Shown in pieces: positions 51,125-60,502 of a DNA stretch of 64,000 nucleotides (position 1 is its first letter; each line of letters starts with the position of its first letter). The notes beneath the pieces are model-generated. The model had not been told where the DNA came from, searched no databases, and saw only the letters and a program-made list of their open reading frames with translations. The DNA comes from Acidimicrobiia bacterium (GTDB lineage: Bacteria; Actinomycetota; Acidimicrobiia; Spongiisociales; JAHEDJ01), in the NCBI GenBank assembly GCA_029210695.1, contig JARGFH010000005.1, positions 48,834 to 112,833 of the forward strand, written 5' to 3'. The position numbers and the translations under genes are program-made.

Positions 51125-51783
51125 GCATTAATCCGCAGCTCTACTCCAGATTGCTACGTTCTCATCCGTGGCACGGTGTTCCGATCGGCGCGGGGGCTCC
51201 TGCGACCGTCACCGCCTATATCGAGATCGTCCCTTCCGACACCGTCAAATACGAACTGGACAAGGAGACCGGCATTCTCAAGGTCGACCGGCCGCAGCAG
51301 TTCTCGAATGTCTATCCGACGTTGTACGGGTTGATTCCACAGACGTACTGTGGAGAACGGATCGCCGAGTTGTGCATGGAGCGCGCCTCGCGCACCGGCA
51401 TCGTGGGTGATGGCGATCCCCTCGATGTCTGCGTTCTGGCCGAGAAGTCGATCACACACGGCGACATCCTGTTGCCCGTCGTACCGATCGGCGGATTGCG
51501 GATGATCGACGGCGAAGAGGCCGACGACAAGATCATCGCCGTCATGAGGGGCGACGCCATATACGGGCACATGAAGGACATCTACGAGTGTCCGCCGGCG
51601 CTCATCGACCGTCTCAAGCACTACTTCCTGACCTACAAGCAGGCTCCGGGACCCGGCACGCGCAAAACGGAGATCACCCACGTGTACGGCCGCGAAGAAG
51701 CGCACGAGGTGATCGAGCGCAGCATGGCGGACTATGCAGAATCGTACGGCGACATACAGGGTTTGCTCGGCGAGCTCAGCTGA
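51121..51783 (+). CDS. ppa: Family I soluble inorganic pyrophosphatase
   Basis: HPWHG, VKYELDK, VDRP, YGLIPQT, DGDPLDV, ADDKIIAV; GTGA overlap with BMC-P3. Confidence 0.93.
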   Translation: MSINPQLYSRLLRSHPWHGVPIGAGAPATVTAYIEIVPSDTVKYELDKETGILKVDRPQQFSNVYPTLYGLIPQTYCGERIAELCMERASRTGIVGDGDPLDVCVLAEKSITHGDILLPVVPIGGLRMIDGEEADDKIIAVMRGDAIYGHMKDIYECPPALIDRLKHYFLTYKQAPGPGTRKTEITHVYGREEAHEVIERSMADYAESYGDIQGLLGELS

Positions 51784-51787
51784 GCCC

Positions 51788-51834
51788 TTGACATGATGAC
51801 ACCATTCTGACATTATTTCGATGTCAGAATGGTG
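51788..51834 (+). promoter_or_regulatory. TTGACA box plus perfect 14-bp inverted repeat (operator-like) upstream of MFS gene
   Basis: TTGACA at 51788; CACCATTCTGACAT-TATTTCG-ATGTCAGAATGGTG. Confidence 0.7.
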
Positions 51835-51844
51835 AAAGAGGCAG

Positions 51845-53179
51845 ATGAGCAACCAACGAAGCGGGTTCCGGACGTTTTTGATCGTCTGGATCGGGCAACT
51901 CATCTCGGTCACCGGTTCAACTCTGACCGGATTCGGGCTGGCCATCTGGGTGTATGTCGAGACCGATAGCGTCACCCTGCTGGCCGTCCTGACGCTGGCG
52001 GCCAGCGTTCCCGGTATGGCGATAACGCCATTCGCCGGACCACTGGTCGATCGGATGGACCGGAGGATCGTCATGCTGCTGGCGGACTCAGCAGCCGGCC
52101 TGGCCACGATGGCCGCGGCCGCCTTGTACTTCACCGGCAACCTCGAGGTGTGGCACATCTATCCGATCGCAGCCGTCGGGTCGATGGCAAACGCCTTCCA
52201 GGAGCCTGCCTATCTCGCCTCGGTACCTCTGATGGTTCCGAAAGAACACATCGGTCGAGCCAACGGAATGATCCAGCTCGGTCCGGCCATCGGGACCATC
52301 ACCGCCCCGGCGTTGGCCGGTGTTCTCGTCCTCACGGCCGGGATCGGCGCGGTCTTGCTCGTCGATATGGCCACGTTCATCGTGGCCGTAGGCACGCTGT
52401 CGTTGGTGCGGATCCCGCGTCCGGAACGAACCTCCGACGAAGACGAGGGGGAACCGCTCCTGCGCGGATTCGGGCGCGGATGGAGCTACATCCGTGAACG
52501 ACCCGGTTTGTTCGGGTTCCTGCTCATGGCGGCCTTGCTCAACTTCATTCTCGGTTTCGCCAACGTCCTGTTTCTGCCACTGCTCCTCAGTTTCTCGAAC
52601 GAAGCCGCGGCGGGCGGGATCATGTCGATCGCCGGCATCGGCATGCTGGTGGGGTCTGTCGTGATGAGTGTGTGGGGTGGGCCGAAGCGCCGCGTGCCCG
52701 GCATGCTCGGCTTCATGGCGATCTCCGGGGTCGCCGTCTCGATCACGGGCGTGAGAGCGTCGGTCCTGTGGATCGCCGGATCGGCTTTCACGCTCATGGC
52801 GACGGTTGCCATCGTCAACGGCACGTCCCAGGCGCTGTGGCACACCAAGGTGGCACCCGATATGCAGGGCAGGGTCTTCTCCGTACGAAGGCTGCTTGCG
52901 CAGTTCGCCGCTCCCATCTCATATCTCCTGGCAGGACCGCTGGCCGACAACGTATTCGAGCCGGCATTAGCCGAGGGTGGGGCGCTGGCGGATTCGGTCG
53001 GAGCCATCATCGGGACCGGGCCGGGCCGAGGGATCGGGTTCCTCTTCGTGTTGATGGGGATCGGCACGGTGCTCGTGGCCTTTGCCGCGTACGGACGACC
53101 GCACATTCGCAACCTCGAATTCGAACTCCCGGACATGATCGGCGGAACCGTCGGGAAAGCTCGTCAGTTCGGCGCATGA
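51845..53179 (+). CDS. MFS transporter (macrolide-efflux/DHA3-like)
   Basis: IGQLISVTGS, GPLVDRMDRRIVM, VAPDMQGRVFS; about 12 TM. Confidence 0.9.
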   Translation: MSNQRSGFRTFLIVWIGQLISVTGSTLTGFGLAIWVYVETDSVTLLAVLTLAASVPGMAITPFAGPLVDRMDRRIVMLLADSAAGLATMAAAALYFTGNLEVWHIYPIAAVGSMANAFQEPAYLASVPLMVPKEHIGRANGMIQLGPAIGTITAPALAGVLVLTAGIGAVLLVDMATFIVAVGTLSLVRIPRPERTSDEDEGEPLLRGFGRGWSYIRERPGLFGFLLMAALLNFILGFANVLFLPLLLSFSNEAAAGGIMSIAGIGMLVGSVVMSVWGGPKRRVPGMLGFMAISGVAVSITGVRASVLWIAGSAFTLMATVAIVNGTSQALWHTKVAPDMQGRVFSVRRLLAQFAAPISYLLAGPLADNVFEPALAEGGALADSVGAIIGTGPGRGIGFLFVLMGIGTVLVAFAAYGRPHIRNLEFELPDMIGGTVGKARQFGA

Positions 53180-53226
53180 CGGTGCGCAGTAGGTAACGTG
53201 GCAGAACGCCGATCGACGGAGCCGAT

Positions 53227-54363
53227 GTGCCTATTCCCGAGCCGAGCTTCACCATGGGGATCGAAGAGGAGTACCTCCTCGTCGATCTGGAGACGAGGGA
53301 TCTCGTGCGGGATCCGCCCGCCGATGTAATGGTCGACAGCCAGAACCTCCTCCAGGATCAGGTAGGTCCTGAATTCTTGCGCTCACAGATCGAAGTGGGC
53401 ACCAAAGTGTGTTCAACCATCCAGGAAGCACGCGCCGATCTCGGTCGCCTCCGGCAGAACGTGGCCGAGGTGGCCGGGACCCACGGCATGGGCCTGATCG
53501 CCGCCAGTACGCATCCCTTTGCCCGCTGGGGGGAGCAACTGCCAACCGACAAGGACCGTTACCTCGAGCTCGAACGTGACATGCAGTCCGTCGTCCGGCG
53601 TCTCGTTATCTGCGGGATGCACGTGCACGTCGGTGTTGAAGACGATGACCTGCGCATCGACCTGATGAATCAGGTCACGTACTTCCTTCCGCACATCCTG
53701 GCGGCCAGCACATCGTCACCCTTCTGGCACGGCAACGACACCGGCCTCAAGAGCTACCGCATGACCGTGTTCAAATCGTTACCCCGCACCGGCCTGCCGG
53801 AGCACTTCTCGAGCTGGGGCGAGTATCAGCGCCATGTCAACGTGCTGGTCGAAGCCGGCATCATGCAGGACGCCACCCGACTGTGGTGGGATGTCCGGCC
53901 CAGCGCCAGGTATCCGACCATCGAGATGCGCATCGCCGACATCTGCACCCGCATCGACGACGGAGTGACCATCGCCACGCTCTTCGTTCTCTTGCTCCGC
54001 ATGCTCTACCGCCGCCGGCGAAAGAACCAGCGCTGGCGCACCTACGCCAACATGCTCGTGGCGGAGAATACGTGGCGTGCACAGCGCTACGGGGTGCACG
54101 GGTCGCTCATGGACTACGGGCGGGGCGAGTTGGTCCCCTACGCGCAACTGGCTGACGAACTCATCGAGATTCTGTGGCGGGAAGCGGAAGAGACCGGGAC
54201 GACCGCAGAGCTGCAGCATCTGGCCACGATTGCCAGAGAAGGAACGAGCGCCGACCGGCAGCTGGCCACCTACGTGGCTGCTGTGGAAGGCGGCGCCGAA
54301 CCGCACGAGGCCCTCAAATCGGTGGTTGACATGCTGATGCGAGAAACGATCGATGGAGTCTGA
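53227..54363 (+). CDS. Carboxylate-amine ligase, glutamate-cysteine ligase family 2 (YbdK-like)
   Basis: TMGIEEEY, SQIEVGT, ASTHPF, CGMHVHVG, SSPFW, WWDVRPS, TIEMRIAD. Confidence 0.93.
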   Translation: MPIPEPSFTMGIEEEYLLVDLETRDLVRDPPADVMVDSQNLLQDQVGPEFLRSQIEVGTKVCSTIQEARADLGRLRQNVAEVAGTHGMGLIAASTHPFARWGEQLPTDKDRYLELERDMQSVVRRLVICGMHVHVGVEDDDLRIDLMNQVTYFLPHILAASTSSPFWHGNDTGLKSYRMTVFKSLPRTGLPEHFSSWGEYQRHVNVLVEAGIMQDATRLWWDVRPSARYPTIEMRIADICTRIDDGVTIATLFVLLLRMLYRRRRKNQRWRTYANMLVAENTWRAQRYGVHGSLMDYGRGELVPYAQLADELIEILWREAEETGTTAELQHLATIAREGTSADRQLATYVAAVEGGAEPHEALKSVVDMLMRETIDGV

Positions 54364-55258
54364 GCCGCTTCGCCGGCGATTCGAACTCCCCGGCCCGCTC
54401 GACCTGATCCGCACGGTCGGTCCGCTGCTCGGACCGTCGCAATCCATCGGCCTGGTCGACCGGGGCGAGGTATGGCGGGCTTCGCGAACGCCGGTGGGAT
54501 CAGTCACCCTTCACGTCGTAATAGGCGAGAGGGCCGTCGATGCTGAGGCCTGGGGGGAAGGAGCCGATTGGGCGTTGGCACATGTCCCCGACCTGCTGGG
54601 CTTCTCCGATGATCCGACCACCTTCCGGCCGGATCACCCGCGGTTGCGCGACCTCCACGTGCGGGCAGGCGGAGTGCGGTTTGGGGCGACGCGGTCGGTA
54701 TTCGAGGTGCTGGTTCCAACGATCCTCGGACAGAAGGTGACTACCAAGGAATCGCATAGCGGCTACCGGCGGCTTGTCGAGGTGCACGGCGAGCCGGCTC
54801 CTGGACCCCGTGATCTGCGGCTTGCGCCCTCGGCGGAGGTGCTCGCCGAGCTTCCCTACTTCGAGTATCACCCGCTGGGCATCGAACGGAAGCGGGCGGA
54901 CATCATCCGCAGCGTTGCGGCTCGCATCGGGCGACTCGAGGAGATCGTGACGATGAATCGCGATGAGGCGGTGCAACGGTTGATGGCCTTCGAGGGAATC
55001 GGACCGTGGACGGCCGCCTTCGTGATGGCGGCGGCGCTTGGTGATGCAGACGCAGTTCCGGTTGGCGACTTCCACCTGCCGAATACCGTCGCCTGGGCGC
55101 TGGCGAGCGAGCCTCGGGCAGATGACGCCCGCATGCTCGAGCTGCTCGAACCCTATCGCGGCCACCGGGGGAGGGTGATCCGGCTGCTCAAGCAGGCCGG
55201 GATCCATGCACCCAAGTACGGCCCGCGCAGCCCGATCCGCAGCTTCGAGGGTAGTTGA
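54353..55258 (+). CDS. HhH-GPD DNA-3-methyladenine glycosylase (AlkA-like)
   Basis: ILGQKV, GIGPWTA, DAVPVGDFHL, PYRGHRG. Confidence 0.85.
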   Translation: MESEPLRRRFELPGPLDLIRTVGPLLGPSQSIGLVDRGEVWRASRTPVGSVTLHVVIGERAVDAEAWGEGADWALAHVPDLLGFSDDPTTFRPDHPRLRDLHVRAGGVRFGATRSVFEVLVPTILGQKVTTKESHSGYRRLVEVHGEPAPGPRDLRLAPSAEVLAELPYFEYHPLGIERKRADIIRSVAARIGRLEEIVTMNRDEAVQRLMAFEGIGPWTAAFVMAAALGDADAVPVGDFHLPNTVAWALASEPRADDARMLELLEPYRGHRGRVIRLLKQAGIHAPKYGPRSPIRSFEGS

Positions 55259-55345
55259 GGACCAGGTTGGTCCCCGAATAGAGCTGCCCGGCGAGGTGGT
55301 CTGGTGAGTTGGGAAGGCGCCAGTTCCCGCCTCCGGCGCCGGGAA

Positions 55346-56245
55346 TCAGCGCAGCAACTCGAGTGCTGCTGCGGCGACGAGTGACCCGTATCCGTCCGGG
55401 TCCACCATCTCATTGTGGCCTGCTCCCTCCACCATGGTCAGCTGCACCTCGTGACCCGCCCCGGTGAGTGCTTCGTGGAAGTCCAGGGTGGACTGCTGTG
55501 GGACCGTTCGGTCGGCGGTTCCTTGCAGCAGGCGCATCCGGAGGTCCGGGCGCCGATCGACATAGGTGTACGGATTGCCGTCCGCCCAGGTGTCGGGGAC
55601 TTCGGCCGGAGCGCCACCGAAGAACGGGATGAGCAGCGGTGAGAACTGGTCGGAGTCGTACGGTCCGGCGACGCCCACGAACGCGTCCGGAAGACTCGAG
55701 CCCCCGTCGGCTAGACAATCTCCCTCGAATTCGTCCCCCGCCAGGGCGACAACCGCGCCGAGGTGCGCTCCGGCGGAGTAGCCGACCAGAGCGATCCGGC
55801 CCGGGTCACCTCGGTACGAGTCGGCGGCGTCCCGTGCGAAGCGCACTCCACACGAGATGTCTTCGAAGGTGCCGGGGTAGGAACCGCCGAGAGCGATCGT
55901 CCGGTAGGAGATGTTGTACACGACGGCTCCCTCGCCGGCGATCAGCGCGGCGAGACCTGCCAAATCGGAGCGTTCGCCTCCCACCCAACCACCACCGTGG
56001 ACGAGAACGACCACGGGGAGCAGCTCGTCACCGGCAGGTCTGAGCACATCCAGCACCAGCAAATCGGTGAACGGAACCCGCTCGTCGGTCTCGATGGTCC
56101 CCCCCGCCGGTGCGATGGTGGCGATGGGTAGCGTTGGCGCCTCCACGACGGCAGAGGTCGACGGAGAACGGGAGGTCGCCTCGTTGCCGGCGCAGGCGGC
56201 GGTCAACATAACGGCGAAAAGGAGGGTGAGTAAGGAGCGGAGCAC
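55346..56245 (-). CDS. Alpha/beta hydrolase (esterase) lipoprotein
   Basis: Lipobox LTAAC, VHGGGW, GYSAGAHL, QGTADRTV, GAGH. Confidence 0.88.
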   Translation of the reverse strand: MLRSLLTLLFAVMLTAACAGNEATSRSPSTSAVVEAPTLPIATIAPAGGTIETDERVPFTDLLVLDVLRPAGDELLPVVVLVHGGGWVGGERSDLAGLAALIAGEGAVVYNISYRTIALGGSYPGTFEDISCGVRFARDAADSYRGDPGRIALVGYSAGAHLGAVVALAGDEFEGDCLADGGSSLPDAFVGVAGPYDSDQFSPLLIPFFGGAPAEVPDTWADGNPYTYVDRRPDLRMRLLQGTADRTVPQQSTLDFHEALTGAGHEVQLTMVEGAGHNEMVDPDGYGSLVAAAALELLR

Positions 56246-56324
56246 GCAAGGAGTGTATGGCAGGTCGAGCGTTGTGCTGCGAGCCCGGGCGTAGGCTGAT
56301 CGTCGAACGAAGAGACGAGGAGCA

Positions 56325-57260
56325 ATGAGACCATTCCGCTTCGGGTTGAGCCGCACCGTTGCCGAAGGACGGACCGACTGGGAAGAGCACGTCCGGCATG
56401 CCGAATCAGTGGGCTACGACGTCCTGCAGGTGGCTGACCACCTCGGCGCACTGGACCCTTTCGTTGCGCTCCAACTGGCGGCCGATGTGTCGACCTCGCT
56501 GAGGCTCGGCACGTACGTCATCAACAACGACTTCTACAACCCTTTGTTGCTGGCCAGGAGTGCAGCCACTCTGGATCTGTTTTCCGACGGCAGGCTCCAG
56601 TTGGGTCTGGGAGCAGGTTGGAATGTGCCCGAGTACGAGGCGGCGGGCATCTCGTTCGATCGGCCGGGGATCCGGATCGAACGGCTGGCCGAGGCGGTGA
56701 CGGTGCTGAGGAAACTGTTCGGCGGCGAAGCGGTCGGGTTTGAAGGCGATCACTACTCAGTCCACACCGAGAAGCTGGAGCCGATTCCTCCGCAGGGGGC
56801 CGGCCTCCCGATCATGATCGGTGGAAACGGAGACCGCCTGCTCACCACCGCGGCGCGGATGGCCGATATTGTTGCCTTCACGGGATTCACGAGTGGAGCA
56901 GGGGGCCCCGATGCGTCTCACTTCACCACGGCGGGGCTGGCCGATCGGATCGAGCACGTCCGGGCCGGCGCCGCGGATCGATTCGTCGATCTCGAACTCA
57001 ATGTGCTCGTCCAGAGGGCACTGGTGACCGATGATCGGCGCGCCGCCGCCGAGGCGCTGGCCGGTGAATGGGGCGGAGACGGACTGGCGGTCGATCCATC
57101 CGATCTTCTCGACAGTCCGTTCCTCCTCTTCGGAACGGTCGACGAGATCACCGAGGGGCTCGAGCGGGTCAGGGAAGAACTCGGTGTGTCGTATGTCACG
57201 GTGTTTGCCGGTAGGTCGGAGGGCTTCGACGCGGTCGTAGAGCGGTTGGCCGGAACCTGA
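56325..57260 (+). CDS. LLM class F420-dependent oxidoreductase
   Basis: MRPFRFG, VADHL, SDGRLQLGLGAGW, IMIGGNG. Confidence 0.88.
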   Translation: MRPFRFGLSRTVAEGRTDWEEHVRHAESVGYDVLQVADHLGALDPFVALQLAADVSTSLRLGTYVINNDFYNPLLLARSAATLDLFSDGRLQLGLGAGWNVPEYEAAGISFDRPGIRIERLAEAVTVLRKLFGGEAVGFEGDHYSVHTEKLEPIPPQGAGLPIMIGGNGDRLLTTAARMADIVAFTGFTSGAGGPDASHFTTAGLADRIEHVRAGAADRFVDLELNVLVQRALVTDDRRAAAEALAGEWGGDGLAVDPSDLLDSPFLLFGTVDEITEGLERVREELGVSYVTVFAGRSEGFDAVVERLAGT

Positions 57261-57264
57261 GCGG

Positions 57265-57945
57265 TTACTCGAGCGCTGATGCGGCAGCTTCGTCCACCAG
57301 CCAGGTGACGTCCTCTGCTCCTTCGGCGACGAGCCTGGACGGCAATGGTTCACCGTCCATCACCCTGGCCAGGACTGAAGCTTTGTCCCGTCCGGCAACG
57401 AGGAAGATGAGGTGGCGGGTCCGGTGCAACAGCGGGAGGGTGGCAGTCAGCCGCCATCCCCTGCCGGGCACGAGGTTGGCGACGTAGTCGCGTTCCGTTT
57501 CTGCCAGGGCGGCCGTGCCCGGGAACAGCGAAGCGGTGTGACCGTCGTCTCCCATACCGAGGAGCACGATGTCCGGTGCAGCTCCGAGAATGCGCGTGAG
57601 TGTCGCCGCGTACTCCTCGGCGGCGGCTTGCGGCGGCCGTCCCTCCCCCCACGGAATCGCGAAGAAGGCCGCCGAAACGTGATCGAGCAGGGCCGTCCGC
57701 GCCGTCAAACCGTTGGAATCCTCGTGATCGGGAGGTACCCACCGTTCGTCGCTGAGCCAGGCGTCGACCCTGGTCCAGTCGATGTCCGCTTGATCACGCA
57801 GCCGTTCATAGGTGCCTCTCGGCGTGGAACCGCCGGCGAGCCCGAGCGAGACACGCTCACGTCCGGACGAGGCGATGAGCCCGGCGATGCGGGCGGCGGC
57901 CTGCCCGGCCAGGTCGGCCGGGTCCCGGGCAACAACGATGCGCAT
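57265..57945 (-). CDS. pgl: 6-phosphogluconolactonase
   Basis: LAGGSTP, SDERWVP..HEDSN, LGMGDDGHTASLFP, RLTATLP; start re-picked at MRIVVARD. Confidence 0.93.
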   Translation of the reverse strand: MRIVVARDPADLAGQAAARIAGLIASSGRERVSLGLAGGSTPRGTYERLRDQADIDWTRVDAWLSDERWVPPDHEDSNGLTARTALLDHVSAAFFAIPWGEGRPPQAAAEEYAATLTRILGAAPDIVLLGMGDDGHTASLFPGTAALAETERDYVANLVPGRGWRLTATLPLLHRTRHLIFLVAGRDKASVLARVMDGEPLPSRLVAEGAEDVTWLVDEAAASALE

Positions 57946-57961
57946 GACGCACCCTAAACCC

Positions 57962-58011
57962 GTTTTCGCGCGGGGATCGCACCACCGGCGGTGGAAATCC
58001 CGCGCGAAAAC
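57962..58011. repeat. REP-like palindrome, family A, copy 3
   Basis: GTTTTCGCGCGGG ... CCCGCGCGAAAAC with inner CCACC-GGC-GGTGG hairpin. Confidence 0.85.
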
Positions 58012-58047
58012 AGTCTGGTTGGTCATGTGCAACCTATGCTCGGCGGA

Positions 58048-59757
58048 ATGGCGCACGTTGAACCGATACTCGAAGAACTCACCGGTCCCGGCCAGCTGTT
58101 CGAGACGGAGGAGGCCGTTGTTCACGGCCATCCGATGCGCGTGTACAAGAACCGGCCCCGCAATCTGCGCGATCTCCTGGCCATCGGCATGGCCAACGGC
58201 GACCTGGAGTACCTGGTCCAGGGTGAGGAGCGCTACACGTTCGCCGATGCCATCACCCGGGCGCTCACCGTCGCCGGTGCGTTGCACGATCGATTCGGCA
58301 TCGAACCGGGCGATCGAGTCGCCGTCGTTGGGGCCAACGCACCCGACTGGGTGGTGGCCTACTGGGCCGTGGTCGCCGCCCAGGGAGTGGTCGTTCCGTT
58401 CAACGCCTGGTGGAAGGCGGCCGAGCTCGAGTTCGGGATCGAGGACTCGGGAACGACCATCGTGTTGTGCGACGCCCGCCGGGCTGCGGTAGCCGTCGAG
58501 GCGGGCTTCCTGCCCGCCCGCATTGCGGTATGGGGACCGGGCGACCGGCCGGACGCCACCGTTTCCTTCGACGACCTGGCCGCCGGTGAGCCGGCCCCGC
58601 TCGACTTCGCGGAGGCACGGGGGGAAGACGAACTGGCCGGGCTCTTCTACACGTCCGGTACCACCGGGAAACCGAAGGGATCGGCGAACACTCATCACAA
58701 CATCATCACGAATCTGATGAATTTTGGAGTGCTCAACCGTGCTCAGACGATCGCCGCCGGCGAAACACCGGGCGGAGAAAAGGCTTCCTACCTCTGCATC
58801 ATCCCCCTGTTCCATGCCACCGCCAACTTCACCTACATGGTTCCGTTCATGTTTGGAGGCCACAAGCTCGTGTTTCTCCCGCCGGGCAAGTTCGAGGCAG
58901 ACGCGGCAGCGGCGGTGATCGAACGCGAACGGGTGACGGCCATCGGTGGGGTTCCCACGATCATGGCCCGGTTGATCGACGGCGGCGTGCATGAGCGTTT
59001 CGATCTCTCCAGCGTCACGACCATCGGGTACGGAGGCGCGCCGGCGTCTGCCGCCCTCCTCGAGAAGATCAACGGCGCCTTCCCTAATCTTCGCCGGAAG
59101 GTCTCGACGGCCTACGGGCTCACCGAAACCTCGGCCATCGCCACCGCCACGGGTGGCCTCGACTATCAGGAGCACCCATCATCCGTTGGCCAGGCGTCCC
59201 CCGTCAACGAGGTCAAAATCGCTGAATTCGACGGCACTCCGCTCCCGGTGGGCTCGACGGGCGAGATCTGGCTGAGGGGCCCGAACGTCATTCCCGGTTA
59301 CTGGGAACGCCCGGAGGAGAACGCCCGCTCCTTCGTCGACGGATGGTTCCGGACCGGCGACGTCGGCTATGTCGACGATGAAGGCTTCGTCTACATCACC
59401 GACCGGGCCAAGGACATGGTCATCCGGGGCGGAGAGAACATCTACTGCGTCGAGGTCGAGTCGGTCCTCGAAGCACATCCCGCCGTCGCCGAAGTAGCGG
59501 TGGTCGGCGTCCCTCATGAGGACCTCGGTGAGGAACTCAAAGCCATCGTTGTGGTGGCGGCTGGCATGTCGCCGTCCGCAGACGATCTCAGGGCGTTCGC
59601 AGCCTCGCAACTCGCCGACTTCAAAGTGCCGGCGTTCTGGGAGTTCCAAACGAAACCCCTGCCGAGGAACCCGGCCGGCAAGGTTCTCAAGGCCCCGCTG
59701 CGAGGCGACCACTCGGGCGTCTTCGCAGTCGGGGAAGAAACCGATTCGGCGCTGTGA
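58048..59757 (+). CDS. Class I adenylate-forming enzyme (acyl-CoA ligase)
   Basis: YTSGTTGKPKG, PLFH, AYGLTET, FRTGDVG, RGGENI, NPAGKVLK. Confidence 0.92.
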   Translation: MAHVEPILEELTGPGQLFETEEAVVHGHPMRVYKNRPRNLRDLLAIGMANGDLEYLVQGEERYTFADAITRALTVAGALHDRFGIEPGDRVAVVGANAPDWVVAYWAVVAAQGVVVPFNAWWKAAELEFGIEDSGTTIVLCDARRAAVAVEAGFLPARIAVWGPGDRPDATVSFDDLAAGEPAPLDFAEARGEDELAGLFYTSGTTGKPKGSANTHHNIITNLMNFGVLNRAQTIAAGETPGGEKASYLCIIPLFHATANFTYMVPFMFGGHKLVFLPPGKFEADAAAAVIERERVTAIGGVPTIMARLIDGGVHERFDLSSVTTIGYGGAPASAALLEKINGAFPNLRRKVSTAYGLTETSAIATATGGLDYQEHPSSVGQASPVNEVKIAEFDGTPLPVGSTGEIWLRGPNVIPGYWERPEENARSFVDGWFRTGDVGYVDDEGFVYITDRAKDMVIRGGENIYCVEVESVLEAHPAVAEVAVVGVPHEDLGEELKAIVVVAAGMSPSADDLRAFAASQLADFKVPAFWEFQTKPLPRNPAGKVLKAPLRGDHSGVFAVGEETDSAL

Positions 59758-60407
59758 GGACCGTCACGATTCCATGGGAGGGCGGCTCGGTCACGGGGCG
59801 CTTCGAGCCCGCCGGCGACCCCGGCACGCCGGGCGTCCTGCTGGCGCACGGCGCCGGGACCAATCAGGACCATCCGATGATGGTTGCGCTCAGAGACGGT
59901 CTCGCTTCTTCCGGGTTTCCGGTGGTCACGTTCAACTACCCCTACACCGAGGCAGGTAGGAAGAGCCCGGACTCACCGTCCCGGTTGCTCGCCTGTCACG
60001 CGGCGGCCGCCGCCTGGTGTCGCGCTGAAGTAGATCCTGAGATGGTGCTGGCCGGCCGCTCGATGGGCGGACGGATCGCATCGATGCTCGTCGCCGGAGG
60101 GGAGCCGGCGGCCGGACTGATCTTGTTTTCATATCCGCTCCATCCCGCCGGTCGTCCTGAGAAGCTCCGCAAGGATCACTTGCCCGACATCACCGTCCCG
60201 GTACTGTCCATCGTCGGGACCCGCGACGCACTGGCGACTATGGACCTCTACAACCGGTGGGTGCGGCCGCTGCCGGCGTTCACGACGGTTGAGATCGAGG
60301 ATGCCGATCACTCGCTCCGGGTGCGGAAGGCGTCGGGGCGAACGAACGCTGACGCCCTTTCCGACGCGATCGAGGCAGCCGCCGACTGGTTGCGCAGGCT
60401 CGCCTGA
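59754..60407 (+). CDS. Alpha/beta hydrolase (KANSL3/Tex30-like)
   Basis: LAHGAG, FNYPY, GRSMGGR, SYPLHPAG, ADHSL. Confidence 0.85.
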   Translation: MRTVTIPWEGGSVTGRFEPAGDPGTPGVLLAHGAGTNQDHPMMVALRDGLASSGFPVVTFNYPYTEAGRKSPDSPSRLLACHAAAAAWCRAEVDPEMVLAGRSMGGRIASMLVAGGEPAAGLILFSYPLHPAGRPEKLRKDHLPDITVPVLSIVGTRDALATMDLYNRWVRPLPAFTTVEIEDADHSLRVRKASGRTNADALSDAIEAAADWLRRLA

Positions 60408-60502
60408 CGACCCCGGGGAAATCTCACCGCTTTCTCAGCGTTTGTTCACCCCCGTCCTAGGTCGAAGCCTCATGATTCCTTGGAGATACAGAGGGGAACA
60501 CC

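Noticed and set aside
57265-59175. 636-aa ORF suggesting a Pgl fusion
   Set aside because: The extension is antisense to the acyl-CoA ligase and crosses a REP element; Pgl starts at 57945
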